Made by a program: the position numbers and the translations under genes
Part shown: one piece after another, positions 54,477 through 64,000 of the stretch
Numbering within the stretch: the stretch's first letter is position 1
How the letters are laid out: each line of letters begins with the position of its first letter
The notes under the pieces: model-generated
Told to the model about the DNA's origin: nothing
The model's input: the letters and a program-made list of their open reading frames with translations, nothing else
The model's database searches: none
DNA from: Candidatus Omnitrophota bacterium
GTDB taxonomy: Bacteria > Omnitrophota > Gorgyraeia > Duberdicusellales > 4484-171
Assembly: GCA_003154195.1 (NCBI GenBank)
Contig: PMCS01000006.1
Location: forward strand, 17,676-81,675
Reading direction: 5' to 3'
DNA length: 64,000 nt

Positions 54477-55022
54477 ATGAAAGAATTAAAAATCTTTGCC
54501 CGAGCCGGACAGGGTGCGATCACTACCGCCGCTATTTTAGGGGAAGCGTTTTTCCACCAGAAGATTTACGCTTACGCTTTCCCCAACTTCGGAGCGGCGC
54601 GGATGGGCGCCCCCATGAACGCTTTTTTGCGTTACGATAATAACCCCGTCAGGTTACGTTCCCAGATTTATAATCCCGATTCGATTATTGTAGTCGATCC
54701 CACGCTGTTCAAGAGCCAGAATTGTTTTGCCGGAATGAAAGACGGTAGCGTGGCGATTATTGCTATCCGTGAAGGGATAAAAGTCGAAGCGCCGAAAAAT
54801 ATTAAAGTTGTAAGCTTACCGGCCGAGCAGATTGCTATGGAAATCATCGGCAGGCCGTTCAGCAATACGGTATTGATGGGCGCGTTTTGTAAAGCCACCG
54901 GAGATTTAAAACTAGAATCGTTGATTGAAGCGGTAAAGATACAATTTGCCGATAAACCGGAAGTATTAGATAAAAATATTCAGGCGGTAAAGAAGGGATT
55001 TGAACTTGGGGCCGCTTCTTAA
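54477..55022 (+). CDS. porG: Pyruvate:ferredoxin oxidoreductase gamma subunit
   Basis: MKELKIFARAGQGAITTAAILGEAFF...YAYAFPNFGAARMGAPMNAFLRY. Start at the internal Met (track ORF begins 54441). Confidence 0.9.
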   Translation: MKELKIFARAGQGAITTAAILGEAFFHQKIYAYAFPNFGAARMGAPMNAFLRYDNNPVRLRSQIYNPDSIIVVDPTLFKSQNCFAGMKDGSVAIIAIREGIKVEAPKNIKVVSLPAEQIAMEIIGRPFSNTVLMGAFCKATGDLKLESLIEAVKIQFADKPEVLDKNIQAVKKGFELGAAS

Positions 55023-55056
55023 GCTCATTTAGAGTTATGCAAAACGGAGATCAAAC

Positions 55057-55308
55057 GTGTTCAGCGTATTAGCAAGCAAAGGAAAGACTTCCCGAAATAA
55101 TAAAACCGGTTCCTGGCGGACATTTAAAAAACCCAATTTTTTACAGAAGAACTGTATCAATTGCGGATTGTGCAAATTAGTTTGTCCGGAAACCTGCATT
55201 ACCGGTAAAGAGAAAAATCAATATTATCCCGATTATGATTACTGCAAGGGCTGTGGGCTTTGTGCCTATATTTGCCCTAAGAAAGATATAGAAATGGTGA
55301 AAGAATAA
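55057..55308 (+). CDS. porD: Pyruvate:ferredoxin oxidoreductase delta subunit (2x[4Fe-4S])
   Basis: Two CxxCxxCxxxCP motifs: CINCGLCKLVCP and CKGCGLCAYICP. 83 aa. Confidence 0.9.
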   Translation: MFSVLASKGKTSRNNKTGSWRTFKKPNFLQKNCINCGLCKLVCPETCITGKEKNQYYPDYDYCKGCGLCAYICPKKDIEMVKE

Positions 55309-55314
55309 AAACCG

Positions 55315-55432
55315 GATTAAGGCTAGGGCTAGGAAGCCGGTTTGGGCTATGGTAATGGTTAGGGCTGATACGAATTACAGCTTTAACCTTAACCCTGATC
55401 CATACGGGCATCGTTACCCTTACCCTAACCAA
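55315..55432. repeat. G-tract/C-tract hairpin element, family H variant copy 2 (GGTTAGGG/CCCTAACC units), ending 18 nt before the porA start
   Basis: ccggattaaggctagggctaggaagccggtttgggctatggtaatggttagggctga ... ctttaaccttaaccctgatcc...cgttacccttaccctaacc. Confidence 0.75.
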
Positions 55433-55449
55433 ATAAAAAGGTATTTGTT

Positions 55450-56625
55450 ATGAAACAATTTATAGAGGGTTCCTGGGCGATGGCTTACGCGGCGAAGTTG
55501 TGCCGGCCGCAAGTGGTTTCCGCTTATCCAATAACGCCTCAAACTCATATCGTTGAGCATATGGCAGAATTTGTCGCTAGCGGTGAACTCGCGGCCGAAT
55601 CGGTGAACGTGGAAAGTGAACATTCCGCGGCCTCGCTCGTTTTGGGCGCTCAGGCTACGGGCGTCAGGACATTTACCGCTACCAGCTCGCAGGGCCTGTT
55701 TTTAATGCAGGAGGTAGTGTTTAACATTGCCGGGATGCGTTTGCCGGTAATGATGGTTTGCGCCAACCGCGCTATCTCGGCGCCGATAAATATCTGGAAC
55801 GACCAGCAGGATTCCATTGCCTTGCGCGACGCCGGTTGGGTTCAGCTATACGCGGAAAATAACCAGGAAGCGCTCGATTTGATTATCGCGGGCTACAAAA
55901 TCGGGGAAAACCCCAAAATTATGCTCCCGATTATGGTTTGCGTGGACGGTTTTATCCTTACTCACGGCATGGAAACCGTAGATATGCCCACTCAGGAAGA
56001 AGTCGATAAATTTCTGCCGAAATACAACCCGCCTTACAAGCTTGATGTGGAAAATCCCATGAGTTTAGGTTTATTGGGCGATCCCACGGTTTATTTAGAA
56101 AATCGATACGCTCTGCATAAAACATTAGAAGAGGTTATACCGGAAATCAATAAAGTGGGGGCGGAGTACAAAAAGGCTTTCGGCCGGGATAGCATCCGTT
56201 TAGTCGAAGAGTATAAGCTCGACGACGCAGAAATTGCCTTAGTCGCGATGGGTTCGGTATGCGGCTCGATTAAAGACGTTGTCGACCAGGAACGCGCCAA
56301 AGGGGCCAAGGTCGGTATGCTTAAAATTGTTTCCTACCGTCCCTTCCCCGGCGAAGCGATAAAGAAAGCGCTTGCTAAAGTTTCTTGCGTGGGAATTCTC
56401 GATAAAAATATTTCTTTAGGCGCGGCCGGCGCGGTATACACGGAAATCAATTCCCTGATGGCCGGCCAGAACAAAAAAGTCAGCGGTTTTGTCGCCGGCT
56501 TGGGTGGAAGAGATATCACGCCCCAGACGATTCAGGAAATAATCAAAACAACAAAAAACGAGGTTAACGCCTGCAAATTTATCGGGTTGAATAAAGAATT
56601 ACTCTGGGATGAATTCCGTGTATAA
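55450..56625 (+). CDS. porA: Pyruvate:ferredoxin oxidoreductase alpha subunit
   Basis: MKQFIEGSWAMAYAAKLCRPQVVSAYPITPQT... 391 aa, typical PorA. Confidence 0.93.
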   Translation: MKQFIEGSWAMAYAAKLCRPQVVSAYPITPQTHIVEHMAEFVASGELAAESVNVESEHSAASLVLGAQATGVRTFTATSSQGLFLMQEVVFNIAGMRLPVMMVCANRAISAPINIWNDQQDSIALRDAGWVQLYAENNQEALDLIIAGYKIGENPKIMLPIMVCVDGFILTHGMETVDMPTQEEVDKFLPKYNPPYKLDVENPMSLGLLGDPTVYLENRYALHKTLEEVIPEINKVGAEYKKAFGRDSIRLVEEYKLDDAEIALVAMGSVCGSIKDVVDQERAKGAKVGMLKIVSYRPFPGEAIKKALAKVSCVGILDKNISLGAAGAVYTEINSLMAGQNKKVSGFVAGLGGRDITPQTIQEIIKTTKNEVNACKFIGLNKELLWDEFRV

Positions 56626-56753
56626 AAAAATTCCTTGTATGCAATTAGGTGGCGCAATGACGGAATTTTTTTATCCGGCTTGACCGCCAAAAACTTTTGA
56701 CTTTTGACGGGTAACCTTTCTCTTTGTTAAAGGTAGGATAAAAAGATAAAGAT

Positions 56754-57671
56754 ATGAATAATGATGAATTGAATAAAACTGCTTCTCAAACTGCTGAACA
56801 TTTCGACGAACATTGTTTTGTTTCCGGCCATACCGCCTGCGCGGGGTGCGGCCAGTCGCTGGCGGCGCGTTTAGTCGCCGACGTAGCGGGAAAAAATCTA
56901 ATGGTAGTCAATGCTACGGGGTGCCTGGAAGTATTTTCCACCAAGGCGCCGGAAACCGCCTGGGGCATCCCCTGGGTGCATTCGCTTTTTGAGAATGCCG
57001 CGGCAGTGGCCAGCGGCGTTGAGGCGGCATTAAGAGTTACCGGCCAGATCGATAAGGTTCGCGTCATCGCCCAGGGCGGCGACGGAGGAACCGCGGATAT
57101 CGGTTTACAGGCGTTATCGGGGATGCTGGAACGCGGCCATGATGTTTTATATGTTTGTTACGATAACGAAGCTTATATGAATACGGGAATCCAGCGCAGC
57201 GGCCTGACTCCGCTTAACACCAATACCACGACTTCTCCCATCGGCAGCAATTCTTCCGGTAATCCGAAATTCAAAAAACCGCTTCTGGAAATATGCGCGG
57301 CGCATAAGATACCTTACGCCGCTTCGGCCTCGGTAGGCTATCCGCAGGACTTGCAGAAAAAAGTGAAGCGCGCCCTCGATACACGCGGCCCGAAATTTAT
57401 CCATGTCCATGTTCCCTGCCCGTTAGGTTGGGCCGCGGAGCCTTCGTTAACGCTTGAGATTGCCAAACTTGCCGTAGCTTGCGGCCTTTTTCCTCTGGTT
57501 GAATATGAATACGGTAAAGTAACTAAAGTATTTAAGATCGGCGCGGTCAAACCGGTTGCCGATTATATAAAATTACAGGGCAGATTCAAACATCTCGCCA
57601 AAAATCAAGAAGCCTTAAGCGCCCTGCAGAAGGTTGCTGATCAAAATATCGAATATTACGGCCTTAAATAA
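56754..57671 (+). CDS. porB: Pyruvate:ferredoxin oxidoreductase beta subunit (TPP-binding)
   Basis: Motifs CAGCG, GGDGGTADIGLQALSG and YDNEAYMNTGIQRS. 305 aa. Confidence 0.93.
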   Translation: MNNDELNKTASQTAEHFDEHCFVSGHTACAGCGQSLAARLVADVAGKNLMVVNATGCLEVFSTKAPETAWGIPWVHSLFENAAAVASGVEAALRVTGQIDKVRVIAQGGDGGTADIGLQALSGMLERGHDVLYVCYDNEAYMNTGIQRSGLTPLNTNTTTSPIGSNSSGNPKFKKPLLEICAAHKIPYAASASVGYPQDLQKKVKRALDTRGPKFIHVHVPCPLGWAAEPSLTLEIAKLAVACGLFPLVEYEYGKVTKVFKIGAVKPVADYIKLQGRFKHLAKNQEALSALQKVADQNIEYYGLK

Positions 57672-57755
57672 GATACCGTAGGGCCGCATGACGTCCGCTT
57701 CCTTCGGAAGCTGGGACGTGGGACGACGGGAAAATTGAAAGCGGAGGTACGAAAA

Positions 57756-57938
57756 ATGAAAATCACGATTGACGAAAATGCTTGCGTGGGATGCGGTTTG
57801 TGCGTATCGGGTTGTCCGGAAGTTTTTGAGATGGCTGATAACGGTATCGCTAAGGTCAAGGCGGTCAAGGCCGGTTGTGGCTGTGATCTTAAAGAAGTTG
57901 CTTCGCAATGCCCGGTAACCGCTATTATCGTTGAATAG
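57756..57938 (+). CDS. Small [4Fe-4S] ferredoxin (likely the POR electron acceptor)
   Basis: SD ggagg. MKITIDENACVGCGLCVSGCPEVF...CGCDLKEVASQCP, a single-cluster ferredoxin. Track ORF begins 57735. Confidence 0.8.
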   Translation: MKITIDENACVGCGLCVSGCPEVFEMADNGIAKVKAVKAGCGCDLKEVASQCPVTAIIVE

Positions 57939-57956
57939 TTTTTCTTAAGGCAGAAT

Positions 57957-57995
57957 TAAAAAACCCCCGTTGATTTATCAACGGGGGTTTTTATT
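57957..57995. terminator. Bidirectional rho-independent terminator (aaaaaa-cccccgttga-ttta-tcaacggggg-ttttt)
   Basis: 10-bp GC-rich stem flanked by an A-run and a T-run, between convergent genes. Confidence 0.9.
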
Positions 57996-58028
57996 TCTAC
58001 AGGCTTGGCAAAGTCGGTGGTAAGTCAC

Positions 58029-59414
58029 TTACTTTTGGTAGGTTTTAAACCCGGTTTCCGCTTTCAGCTTGGCAAGGTATTTGGCTCTTGTCTCGGGTGA
58101 TTGTGAGTGCTTGACGTAGTCGATGTAGCCTTGTTTTTTGGCGGTGAAATCCGCCTGGTCAAACGAGGAAATATCTTTTGCCTGGATAAGGCAGGAACCT
58201 TCGGCCAGTGCCAGCGGTTCCTTGTAAATTTCGTTTTTCTTCAGCGAAAAAATAAGATTTTTAATTTTTGCGTCAAATCCCAATACCGGAACGAATTCGG
58301 AATACCTGAAAAAATCAGTTTCGCCGTACTTAACCTTCGCGTCTTTTTCCAGGGTTTTTAAGTCGGCGATTTTTTCGCCGGTTATTCTTTCCAGCAAAGC
58401 CCGGCAGTATTTATCCGCTAAAACTTTTTTCGCCGCGCGCTCCGCCCGTTTTTTAACTTCGTTCTTTATCTCGGCCAGAGCGGGGATGTAAGCTTCTTCC
58501 TGGCCGGTTTTTTCAATGATACAATAACCTTTTTTTATCTCGATTGCCTCGCCGATTTCCCCCTTTTTTAAGGTAAAAGCAAAATCGTTGATCTCCGGTT
58601 CGTCGCCGATGCCGTAAACCGGGTCTTTGGCCCGGAAATAACCGGTTTCTACCGCGGCCAGGCCGAATTTGGCGGCGAACTCGTCAAGTTTGTCGATTGC
58701 GTCGGCGGCTTTTAAGATTTCGTCTTTTGCGGGGTCATCTTTTGCCACAATCACATATTTTATTTTCGCTTTTGCTTCTTCCTTAAAGGTGTCCTTATTT
58801 TTGTTGTAGAATTCTTCGATTTCCTGGTCGGACGTGTTTACTCGGCCGTCAAAATCATCATCGGATACCAGAAGGTAGGAAATTTTCGCTTTTCGGGTGT
58901 CTTTATCGTACAACTCTCTGATTTGCTTGTCGTCAATCTTGACCGCGGCGTACTTTTCGTAAACTTTTTCTATTTTCATGGTATTGCGCAGCTGTTCTTC
59001 GAAGACGCGCGGTTGTACCCGAAGGGATCTCAACAACCGAAAATAGTTTTCTTTTTTAAACACGCCGCCGAAAGAGAGGGTATCGACAATTTTTTTCGCT
59101 ACCTCTTCGTCGCTTACTTTTATCCGGTCCTTGTCCGCTTTCCAATTTAAAACCAGATAGTCCCAGGCAGTTTTTTTGATCAACTGAGCGGTAAAAGCGT
59201 CTTTTTTCTGGCTGGCATATTGCATTTCTGCCATTCTATAATATGGGAGGAATTCGAAGGAGGATATCTTTCGCTTGGCGATTTCCGCGATTGCGTCGCT
59301 GTCTTTAGTTTTGAAATAAGCGAGGCCGCCCCAGAGCACAAACGCCGGGATGATCATTACGGCCAAAGCGATGAGAATTCTTTTTACATGATGCGCGCGG
59401 AATATCGTAAGCAT
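58029..59414 (-). CDS. Periplasmic chaperone / peptidyl-prolyl isomerase of the PpiD/SurA family
   Basis: N-terminal TM anchor ILIALAVMIIPAFVLWGGLAY. Two parvulin-like segments (...KKGEIGEAIEIKKGYCIIEK...; ...KKNEIYKEPLALAEGSCLIQAKD...). Upstream on the minus strand is ggcgaagtctcattaaaggagaaagaaacaATG. Confidence 0.7.
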   Translation of the reverse strand: MLTIFRAHHVKRILIALAVMIIPAFVLWGGLAYFKTKDSDAIAEIAKRKISSFEFLPYYRMAEMQYASQKKDAFTAQLIKKTAWDYLVLNWKADKDRIKVSDEEVAKKIVDTLSFGGVFKKENYFRLLRSLRVQPRVFEEQLRNTMKIEKVYEKYAAVKIDDKQIRELYDKDTRKAKISYLLVSDDDFDGRVNTSDQEIEEFYNKNKDTFKEEAKAKIKYVIVAKDDPAKDEILKAADAIDKLDEFAAKFGLAAVETGYFRAKDPVYGIGDEPEINDFAFTLKKGEIGEAIEIKKGYCIIEKTGQEEAYIPALAEIKNEVKKRAERAAKKVLADKYCRALLERITGEKIADLKTLEKDAKVKYGETDFFRYSEFVPVLGFDAKIKNLIFSLKKNEIYKEPLALAEGSCLIQAKDISSFDQADFTAKKQGYIDYVKHSQSPETRAKYLAKLKAETGFKTYQK

Positions 59415-59427
59415 TGTTTCTTTCTCC

Positions 59428-59560
59428 TTTAATGAGACTTCGCCGATAATGAAACTTGCCCGGTACCCCGGGCTTAGTTGAATTATCCCCGCAAGGGGAT
59501 AGGCGAAGGGTGATGAGTTCGAAGTTTCACCAAATGCCCGACGGCATTACCGGCAGGCAT
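59428..59560. repeat. Mosaic repeat (CTCATTAA family) in reverse orientation, serving the minus-strand PpiD-like gene
   Basis: Reverse complement reads cgcctatccccttgcggggataattcaactaagcccggggtaccgggcaagtttcattatcggcgaagtctcattaa. Nearly identical to the module at 52040-52090. Confidence 0.85.
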
Positions 59561-59848
59561 TCTTTTGGTCAACATTATAATATATTACCTACCGGGTTGT
59601 AAATTGCAAGATTTATATTCAGAGTAACGGGATAGGAAAAATAATAGTGAAGCTTACGCATTTGCAAGCCGAAGGCGAGGCAAATGTCTCCATCTAAGCT
59701 ATCTCCGCAAGGGAATAGCGTGAATCAAGCCAATGTTTAATGCGGCACCTTGATTTTACATTTTGAATATGTTATACCTTAATAAGGGGTTTGTCTGTGC
59801 CCGCGCTTAGGAGCGAATAAACTCAATGATGGCAAGGGTATTTTCCGT

Positions 59849-62800
59849 ATGCTGGCCAAGAAAACCTGGTTCAAAATAATTAATCTTTGCCTGATTCCGA
59901 TATTTATCGGCTTACCGCTGTCCAGTGAAGCGGCGGCTGCTTCGGCAACGCTTTTGCCTGAACCGGGCGCGATGCTCGGCGTTTCCGCCCCTTTCCAGCC
60001 GGCGACGCTTAAAGGCGTGCGCCTTGACCCCAAAAACCCCTTGAATATCAGGTTTATTATCGACCCCGGTACGGCGGGTGAGGTTGTGCCGGCGGAAGCC
60101 TCGCGCCTGGTGCGGTATTTTTTAGCCGGACTTACCTTGCCCGAGGAAAGTTTATGGGTAAATTTGTCGTTGTATGAGCAGGATCGCGTTATTGATTCTG
60201 CCGTCGCGCAAACCGATTTAGGCCGCGATATGCTGGGCCAGGATTACGTGTTGAAACAATTTATCGCCTCGTTGACCCATCCGGATTCTCCGGTAGGCCG
60301 TGATTATTGGAAGCAAACCTATCAGGCGGCTGCCGAACGCTTCGGCGCGGCTAATGTGCCTTTAAATACCTTCAGCAAAGTCTGGATAACCCACGACCAG
60401 GCCGAAGTCTATGAATATAACGATACCGCGTTTATCAGCAAGGCGAGCTTGAAGGCAATGCTTGAGCAAGACTTGTTAGCGCTGGAGAAAAGCGTTAAGC
60501 CGGTTGGGACAGTTGAGCCGGTTGGGCCAGTTGTAGGGTTAAAATCTCCTAACCGGCACAACAGGCTAAACCGGCTCAACGGACACAACGCCTTAACTGT
60601 CAACAAAGTCGCCTTCGACGTAATGCGCGAGGTTATCGTTCCTGTGATCACGCGGGATATCAATGACGGCGCTAACTTTGCCGCCTTACGCCAGATCTAC
60701 CATTCGCTTATCCTTGCCAAATGGTTTAAAGAGAAATTTAAAGCGTCGTTTTATAAATATTATATCAATAACAAAAACCTTTCGGCGATCGACCTTAAAG
60801 ACCCCAGAGTTAAAGATAAGATTTACGGGCTGTACGCCGAGGCGTTTAAGAAAGGCCTCTACAGTATCATCAAAAAGGAGATCGACCCGGCGAGCAAGCG
60901 GCCGGTGCGCCGGCGTTACTTTTCCGGCGGTATTTCCAGTCCCGTACCGCGGCATCTTACGGTGATCCTCGCGGCTTCCAATCTGATAGAGAAGTTACAA
61001 GCAGAAACGCGTAAGTCGTTCCAAGCTGATGTAAATATTACCTCCGCGAGCCCCGCGGCAAGCCCAAGAGTAATGACCCCTGCTAGTGAAGCTAAAACTA
61101 TCCCCCGTCGGGAGGTAGCGCTCGACAAATTAGAATTGCCGGAATACCTGCGTGCGGCGTTTTTAGCGGAAAAAGATGACTATAATTTTTATTCAGCGCT
61201 AACGGCATTTCAAAACGCGAGGAGCGGCTCAGGGGGGGAGAAGTTAGCGGACATTATGGAAGATAGGAGCGGGCGATATGGCGGGTCGCAACGCCGTTCT
61301 GTTGAGCGTATCATCAGCGGCAGCGGCATGGCTATTGTTGCTTACGCCGAGGCCGCGCGCGACTATCGAGATGTTTTTGAATTGCTTGCGGATATGGCTT
61401 TATATTTCAAAAATAACAATGTTGAAGCTAATTCCTGGCGGAGTTCAGCTTATGCCGCCGCGGCTAAAAGAAATTTGCGCGAAGCTGTTCCGGAGATGCT
61501 CAGGATTATTCTTATTGAGGATAAGGGGATAGTTCATCCTTTGGTTCAAGAAGACATTATTATTGCCTTGGGCATGATGGGTATAAGAAAGAGGCCGGTA
61601 ATAAAGGCGCTTAAAAATGCCGCGGCAAGCCGGCAAATATGGAGGCACGATGCCGCAGTAAAAGCGTTGATTAGTTTAGGGATTCATACTGCCTCAAGTA
61701 CGGTTAATATCGACATTATCGCCGACAGGCTTAAGAAAGAGATAATACCTAAGTATATGAAGCCGTCGTTAAGCTCTAAGGATATGAAAGATTTAATTCT
61801 GGCATTCAGGGTTTTTCTGCGCGACACCTCGCCTGACGCGGCCGATTCATTTTTCCGGCGCGATGATGAAAATGGAAACGAATGGGATATATCTTTTATT
61901 CGCGACGGGACGCGCGCGGAAATAATATGCGGCTCATATTACGGAGCGAACGGTATAAGGCGCCGCGCGCGCATCTTTATCGATGGCGCGTTTACCGCGC
62001 CGGAGAAGGTTAATGCTCCGTTAGTTCTGCCGCTATATATGCTTGCGGTATTTTCAGCTAAAAAGGATAATCCTTTTTTTATTCCCGCTGTTCATGCGCT
62101 GCGACGGGCTCAGGGCGATCTCGCGTTAGCGGCGCCGATCCTCATCGATAGTAATCCCGCGATACCGACATTGGCCGCCATTGCCGCTATTATGGAAAAT
62201 AGGGGTCATCAATATAGTGAACTGGAGCGCCGTTCGATGGCGTCGGCCATTGGTGAAATCGATCCCGGGGGGATGTTTATCGGGATAGATAAAGTCATCG
62301 AGGCGTTATTTGCCGGCCTTAGCCAAGACGACCGGCTTTCCGGTTCGTATATTATCAAGGCGATCGGAGATTTTGTTTCTAAGGCCGACTCCCTGGTTAT
62401 TGAGCAATGCGCCCCTCGCCTGATAGCATCCGAAGGCGTTTTACCCGGTTCAACCGGAAATCGGAGATTTATCGCCGGCGCCTTAAGCAAATTCGGTGAA
62501 CGCGCGGCGTCGGCCGAAACGGAAAGGTATTTATATGATATGGCGGTTCAACCCCGGCGGCAGGCGCAAGGCGTTGCCGGAGGCGATAACTCCGGGGAGC
62601 GGGCTGAGGCAGTACTTGCTTACGCTAATGTAGTAAGGGGTCGTGCCAAAGTTTTTAAAATGCTTGAGCTAATGGCTACCAATATTTCCGATGACCATTC
62701 TTATGTTGCAAGGGCCCGGCGTTTAGCCTATGTGGTTGCCGCTAATAAAAATTTGCGCGAAATTATTCCCGCGATGCTTGACTTGCTTGAACACGCCAAT

Positions 62801-64000
62801 CCCGTAGTTCAGGAAGATGTTGTCCATGCTTTGGGTATGCTGCGCGTTTTAGAGATACCGGCGGAAACAAAAGATTTAATGATTGACGCGCTTACGAAGG
62901 CCGGGGGAAGGAGCCAAAGGTTACGTGAAATCGTCTTAATCGCGTTGAAAGAATTAGGCGTTAATGAGGCCAAAGTCAAAGAGCTTGGCGACGCAATAAC
63001 CGGCTGGGGCATTATTAGAGAAGGTATCATCAAAGAGGGGATACTGGGAAAATTCAGAGAATTTTTGCGTTCCGGCGAGCCGTCCGGCGAATACCGGCAT
63101 GCGGAAGGTAAAAAAACCTGGGCGGTGACTTTCCGGCGCAGGAAAGACAGCGATGACGAAGGCGGCAAGGATAAAGACGGGAAGAATGTGGAAATTTATT
63201 ATAGCTTTGTCGATGATGATGCGCGCGAAAAGAATAAAACCGGGGATTTCTATATCTATGGCGTATTTGTCGCGGCAAGCTCGGCGATAAAGGTCCAGGC
63301 AGAAGAGGTGACCGGCGCGGCCGTCGGTTTAAACGCGGCGGCAAGGCCGGCGGCAGATCTTCGGGCGTCGGAAACAAGGAACTCTTTATATAAATTTGGG
63401 AATTATGGCGACACCAATCATAGATTTCGCATAGTGTCCTCCGCGAGCCCCATGAAGCCGGTTTTAACCGTTTTAACTACACCTTTGACCACAGAGCAAG
63501 AAAAACGTAAAATAAAACTTGAAATAATCGGCGAAGTCATGCGCGATATGGCTAAGGGTTCCCGGTACGCGCATGTCGATACAATAATTGACGCCGCGGA
63601 CCCGATTTTTAGAAAACAACCGGTTCTGGGCCCAGATCCCGATGTGGTGCTGTTGCATGAGGATGATGTCTTTGATGCCGTGGATGAACTCAAGCTTAAA
63701 AGCTCATTCGTATCCCCCTGCTCAGTAAACTCCGAAGGTATGGTCAGCCTGCCGTTATTGAAAACAGAATCCAGTGTCAAAGAACGCGAATATTCGGAAG
63801 AATGGAGGCGTGTAACAACTGAGCACGATTGGAGAGAGGAACCTATCAGCGAAATCATGAGAGACGAACATTTAAACCCGCGGAGCATTCATAGGGCGCT
63901 CGCGGCGATGACCGCTGATCCCGATTATCGATACCGCGTTTATGTGCAAGGCGGATACGTGGTAAGCGAATCAAAAACTGAAAGCAATCGGGGTAAAGCA
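59849..64000 (+). CDS. Giant secreted protein with PBS-lyase/HEAT-like repeats; 1384 codons open in the window, 3' end beyond the window
   Basis: Manual translation from ATG about 59849 gives no in-frame stop to position 64000. N-terminal signal peptide MLAKKTWFKIINLCLIPIFIGLPLSSEAAAASA. Repeated NLREAVPEMLRIILIEDKGIVHPLVQEDIIIALGMMG and NLREIIPAMLDLLEHANPVVQEDVVHALGMLRV modules (HEAT-type). Missing from the supplied ORF track because it has no stop. Confidence 0.7.
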   Translation, partial: MLAKKTWFKIINLCLIPIFIGLPLSSEAAAASATLLPEPGAMLGVSAPFQPATLKGVRLDPKNPLNIRFIIDPGTAGEVVPAEASRLVRYFLAGLTLPEESLWVNLSLYEQDRVIDSAVAQTDLGRDMLGQDYVLKQFIASLTHPDSPVGRDYWKQTYQAAAERFGAANVPLNTFSKVWITHDQAEVYEYNDTAFISKASLKAMLEQDLLALEKSVKPVGTVEPVGPVVGLKSPNRHNRLNRLNGHNALTVNKVAFDVMREVIVPVITRDINDGANFAALRQIYHSLILAKWFKEKFKASFYKYYINNKNLSAIDLKDPRVKDKIYGLYAEAFKKGLYSIIKKEIDPASKRPVRRRYFSGGISSPVPRHLTVILAASNLIEKLQAETRKSFQADVNITSASPAASPRVMTPASEAKTIPRREVALDKLELPEYLRAAFLAEKDDYNFYSALTAFQNARSGSGGEKLADIMEDRSGRYGGSQRRSVERIISGSGMAIVAYAEAARDYRDVFELLADMALYFKNNNVEANSWRSSAYAAAAKRNLREAVPEMLRIILIEDKGIVHPLVQEDIIIALGMMGIRKRPVIKALKNAAASRQIWRHDAAVKALISLGIHTASSTVNIDIIADRLKKEIIPKYMKPSLSSKDMKDLILAFRVFLRDTSPDAADSFFRRDDENGNEWDISFIRDGTRAEIICGSYYGANGIRRRARIFIDGAFTAPEKVNAPLVLPLYMLAVFSAKKDNPFFIPAVHALRRAQGDLALAAPILIDSNPAIPTLAAIAAIMENRGHQYSELERRSMASAIGEIDPGGMFIGIDKVIEALFAGLSQDDRLSGSYIIKAIGDFVSKADSLVIEQCAPRLIASEGVLPGSTGNRRFIAGALSKFGERAASAETERYLYDMAVQPRRQAQGVAGGDNSGERAEAVLAYANVVRGRAKVFKMLELMATNISDDHSYVARARRLAYVVAANKNLREIIPAMLDLLEHANPVVQEDVVHALGMLRVLEIPAETKDLMIDALTKAGGRSQRLREIVLIALKELGVNEAKVKELGDAITGWGIIREGIIKEGILGKFREFLRSGEPSGEYRHAEGKKTWAVTFRRRKDSDDEGGKDKDGKNVEIYYSFVDDDAREKNKTGDFYIYGVFVAASSAIKVQAEEVTGAAVGLNAAARPAADLRASETRNSLYKFGNYGDTNHRFRIVSSASPMKPVLTVLTTPLTTEQEKRKIKLEIIGEVMRDMAKGSRYAHVDTIIDAADPIFRKQPVLGPDPDVVLLHEDDVFDAVDELKLKSSFVSPCSVNSEGMVSLPLLKTESSVKEREYSEEWRRVTTEHDWREEPISEIMRDEHLNPRSIHRALAAMTADPDYRYRVYVQGGYVVSESKTESNRGKA

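Overview
The window (64 kb, about 45-50% GC) comes from an uncultured-looking bacterium. Lineage cannot be set from this window. A giant secretory HEAT-repeat ORF (1384 codons open to the window edge), the abundant mosaic repeats and the gene content are loosely reminiscent of Omnitrophota-like genomes, as a guess from memory.

Conserved genes, in order:
- ruvA C-terminal fragment and scpB.
- metK and ahcY (SAM cycle).
- pfkA and a class-II-aldolase-fold gene.
- ilvD.
- The cell-shape cluster mreB-mreC-mreD-mrdA-rodA.
- A radical-SAM gene plus its small partner.
- A minus-strand polyamine operon: carboxynorspermidine decarboxylase, carboxynorspermidine dehydrogenase and a SpeH-family pyruvoyl decarboxylase.
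- An ArsR regulator and an ATP-grasp gene.
- A hyf/hyc-like group-4 hydrogenase-related membrane complex of six genes. Its large subunit has lost 2 of the 4 Ni-Fe cysteines, there is no NuoI/HycF-type ferredoxin subunit, and no formate dehydrogenase or maturation genes are in the window. It is therefore probably an Ehr-like complex rather than a true hydrogenase.
- A CHASE-type sensor histidine kinase broken by a +1 frameshift in an A9 run.
- vapBC, tRNA-Thr(CGU), an MFS transporter, purN.
- A 1006-aa tandem double-FtsH (two complete AAA plus M41 units) divergent from two SPFH/HflKC-like genes.
- purU, a Fic-fold protein with a degenerate motif, a four-subunit pyruvate:ferredoxin oxidoreductase (gamma-delta-alpha-beta) with its own ferredoxin, and a PpiD/SurA-like chaperone.
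- A secreted HEAT-repeat ORF of more than 1384 aa running off the window end; it is absent from the supplied ORF track because it has no stop in the window.

A low-GC accessory island between rodA and the radical-SAM gene (about 14.6-22.2 kb) carries:
- a REP-associated tyrosine transposase (RAYT, IS200-like HuH/Y1) flanked by GTAG-type REP hairpins;
- six hypothetical secreted or membrane proteins;
- a ParE/RelE-type toxin-antitoxin pair;
- three copies of a roughly 240-450 bp nested palindromic element.

The most unusual property of the window is an abundant, modular set of structured intergenic repeats in nearly every intergenic gap. Several end in RRGYCTCATTAA and abut start codons without a Shine-Dalgarno; their stems show compensatory substitutions. 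Others are G-tract/C-tract hairpins (possible G4/hairpin switches) directly upstream of scpB, mreB, an SPFH gene and porA. The rest are reusable terminator cassettes, GC-rich hairpin modules inside the mre operon, and palindromic TCCGTGACAATC pairs. No CRISPR array, rRNA or integrase was found.
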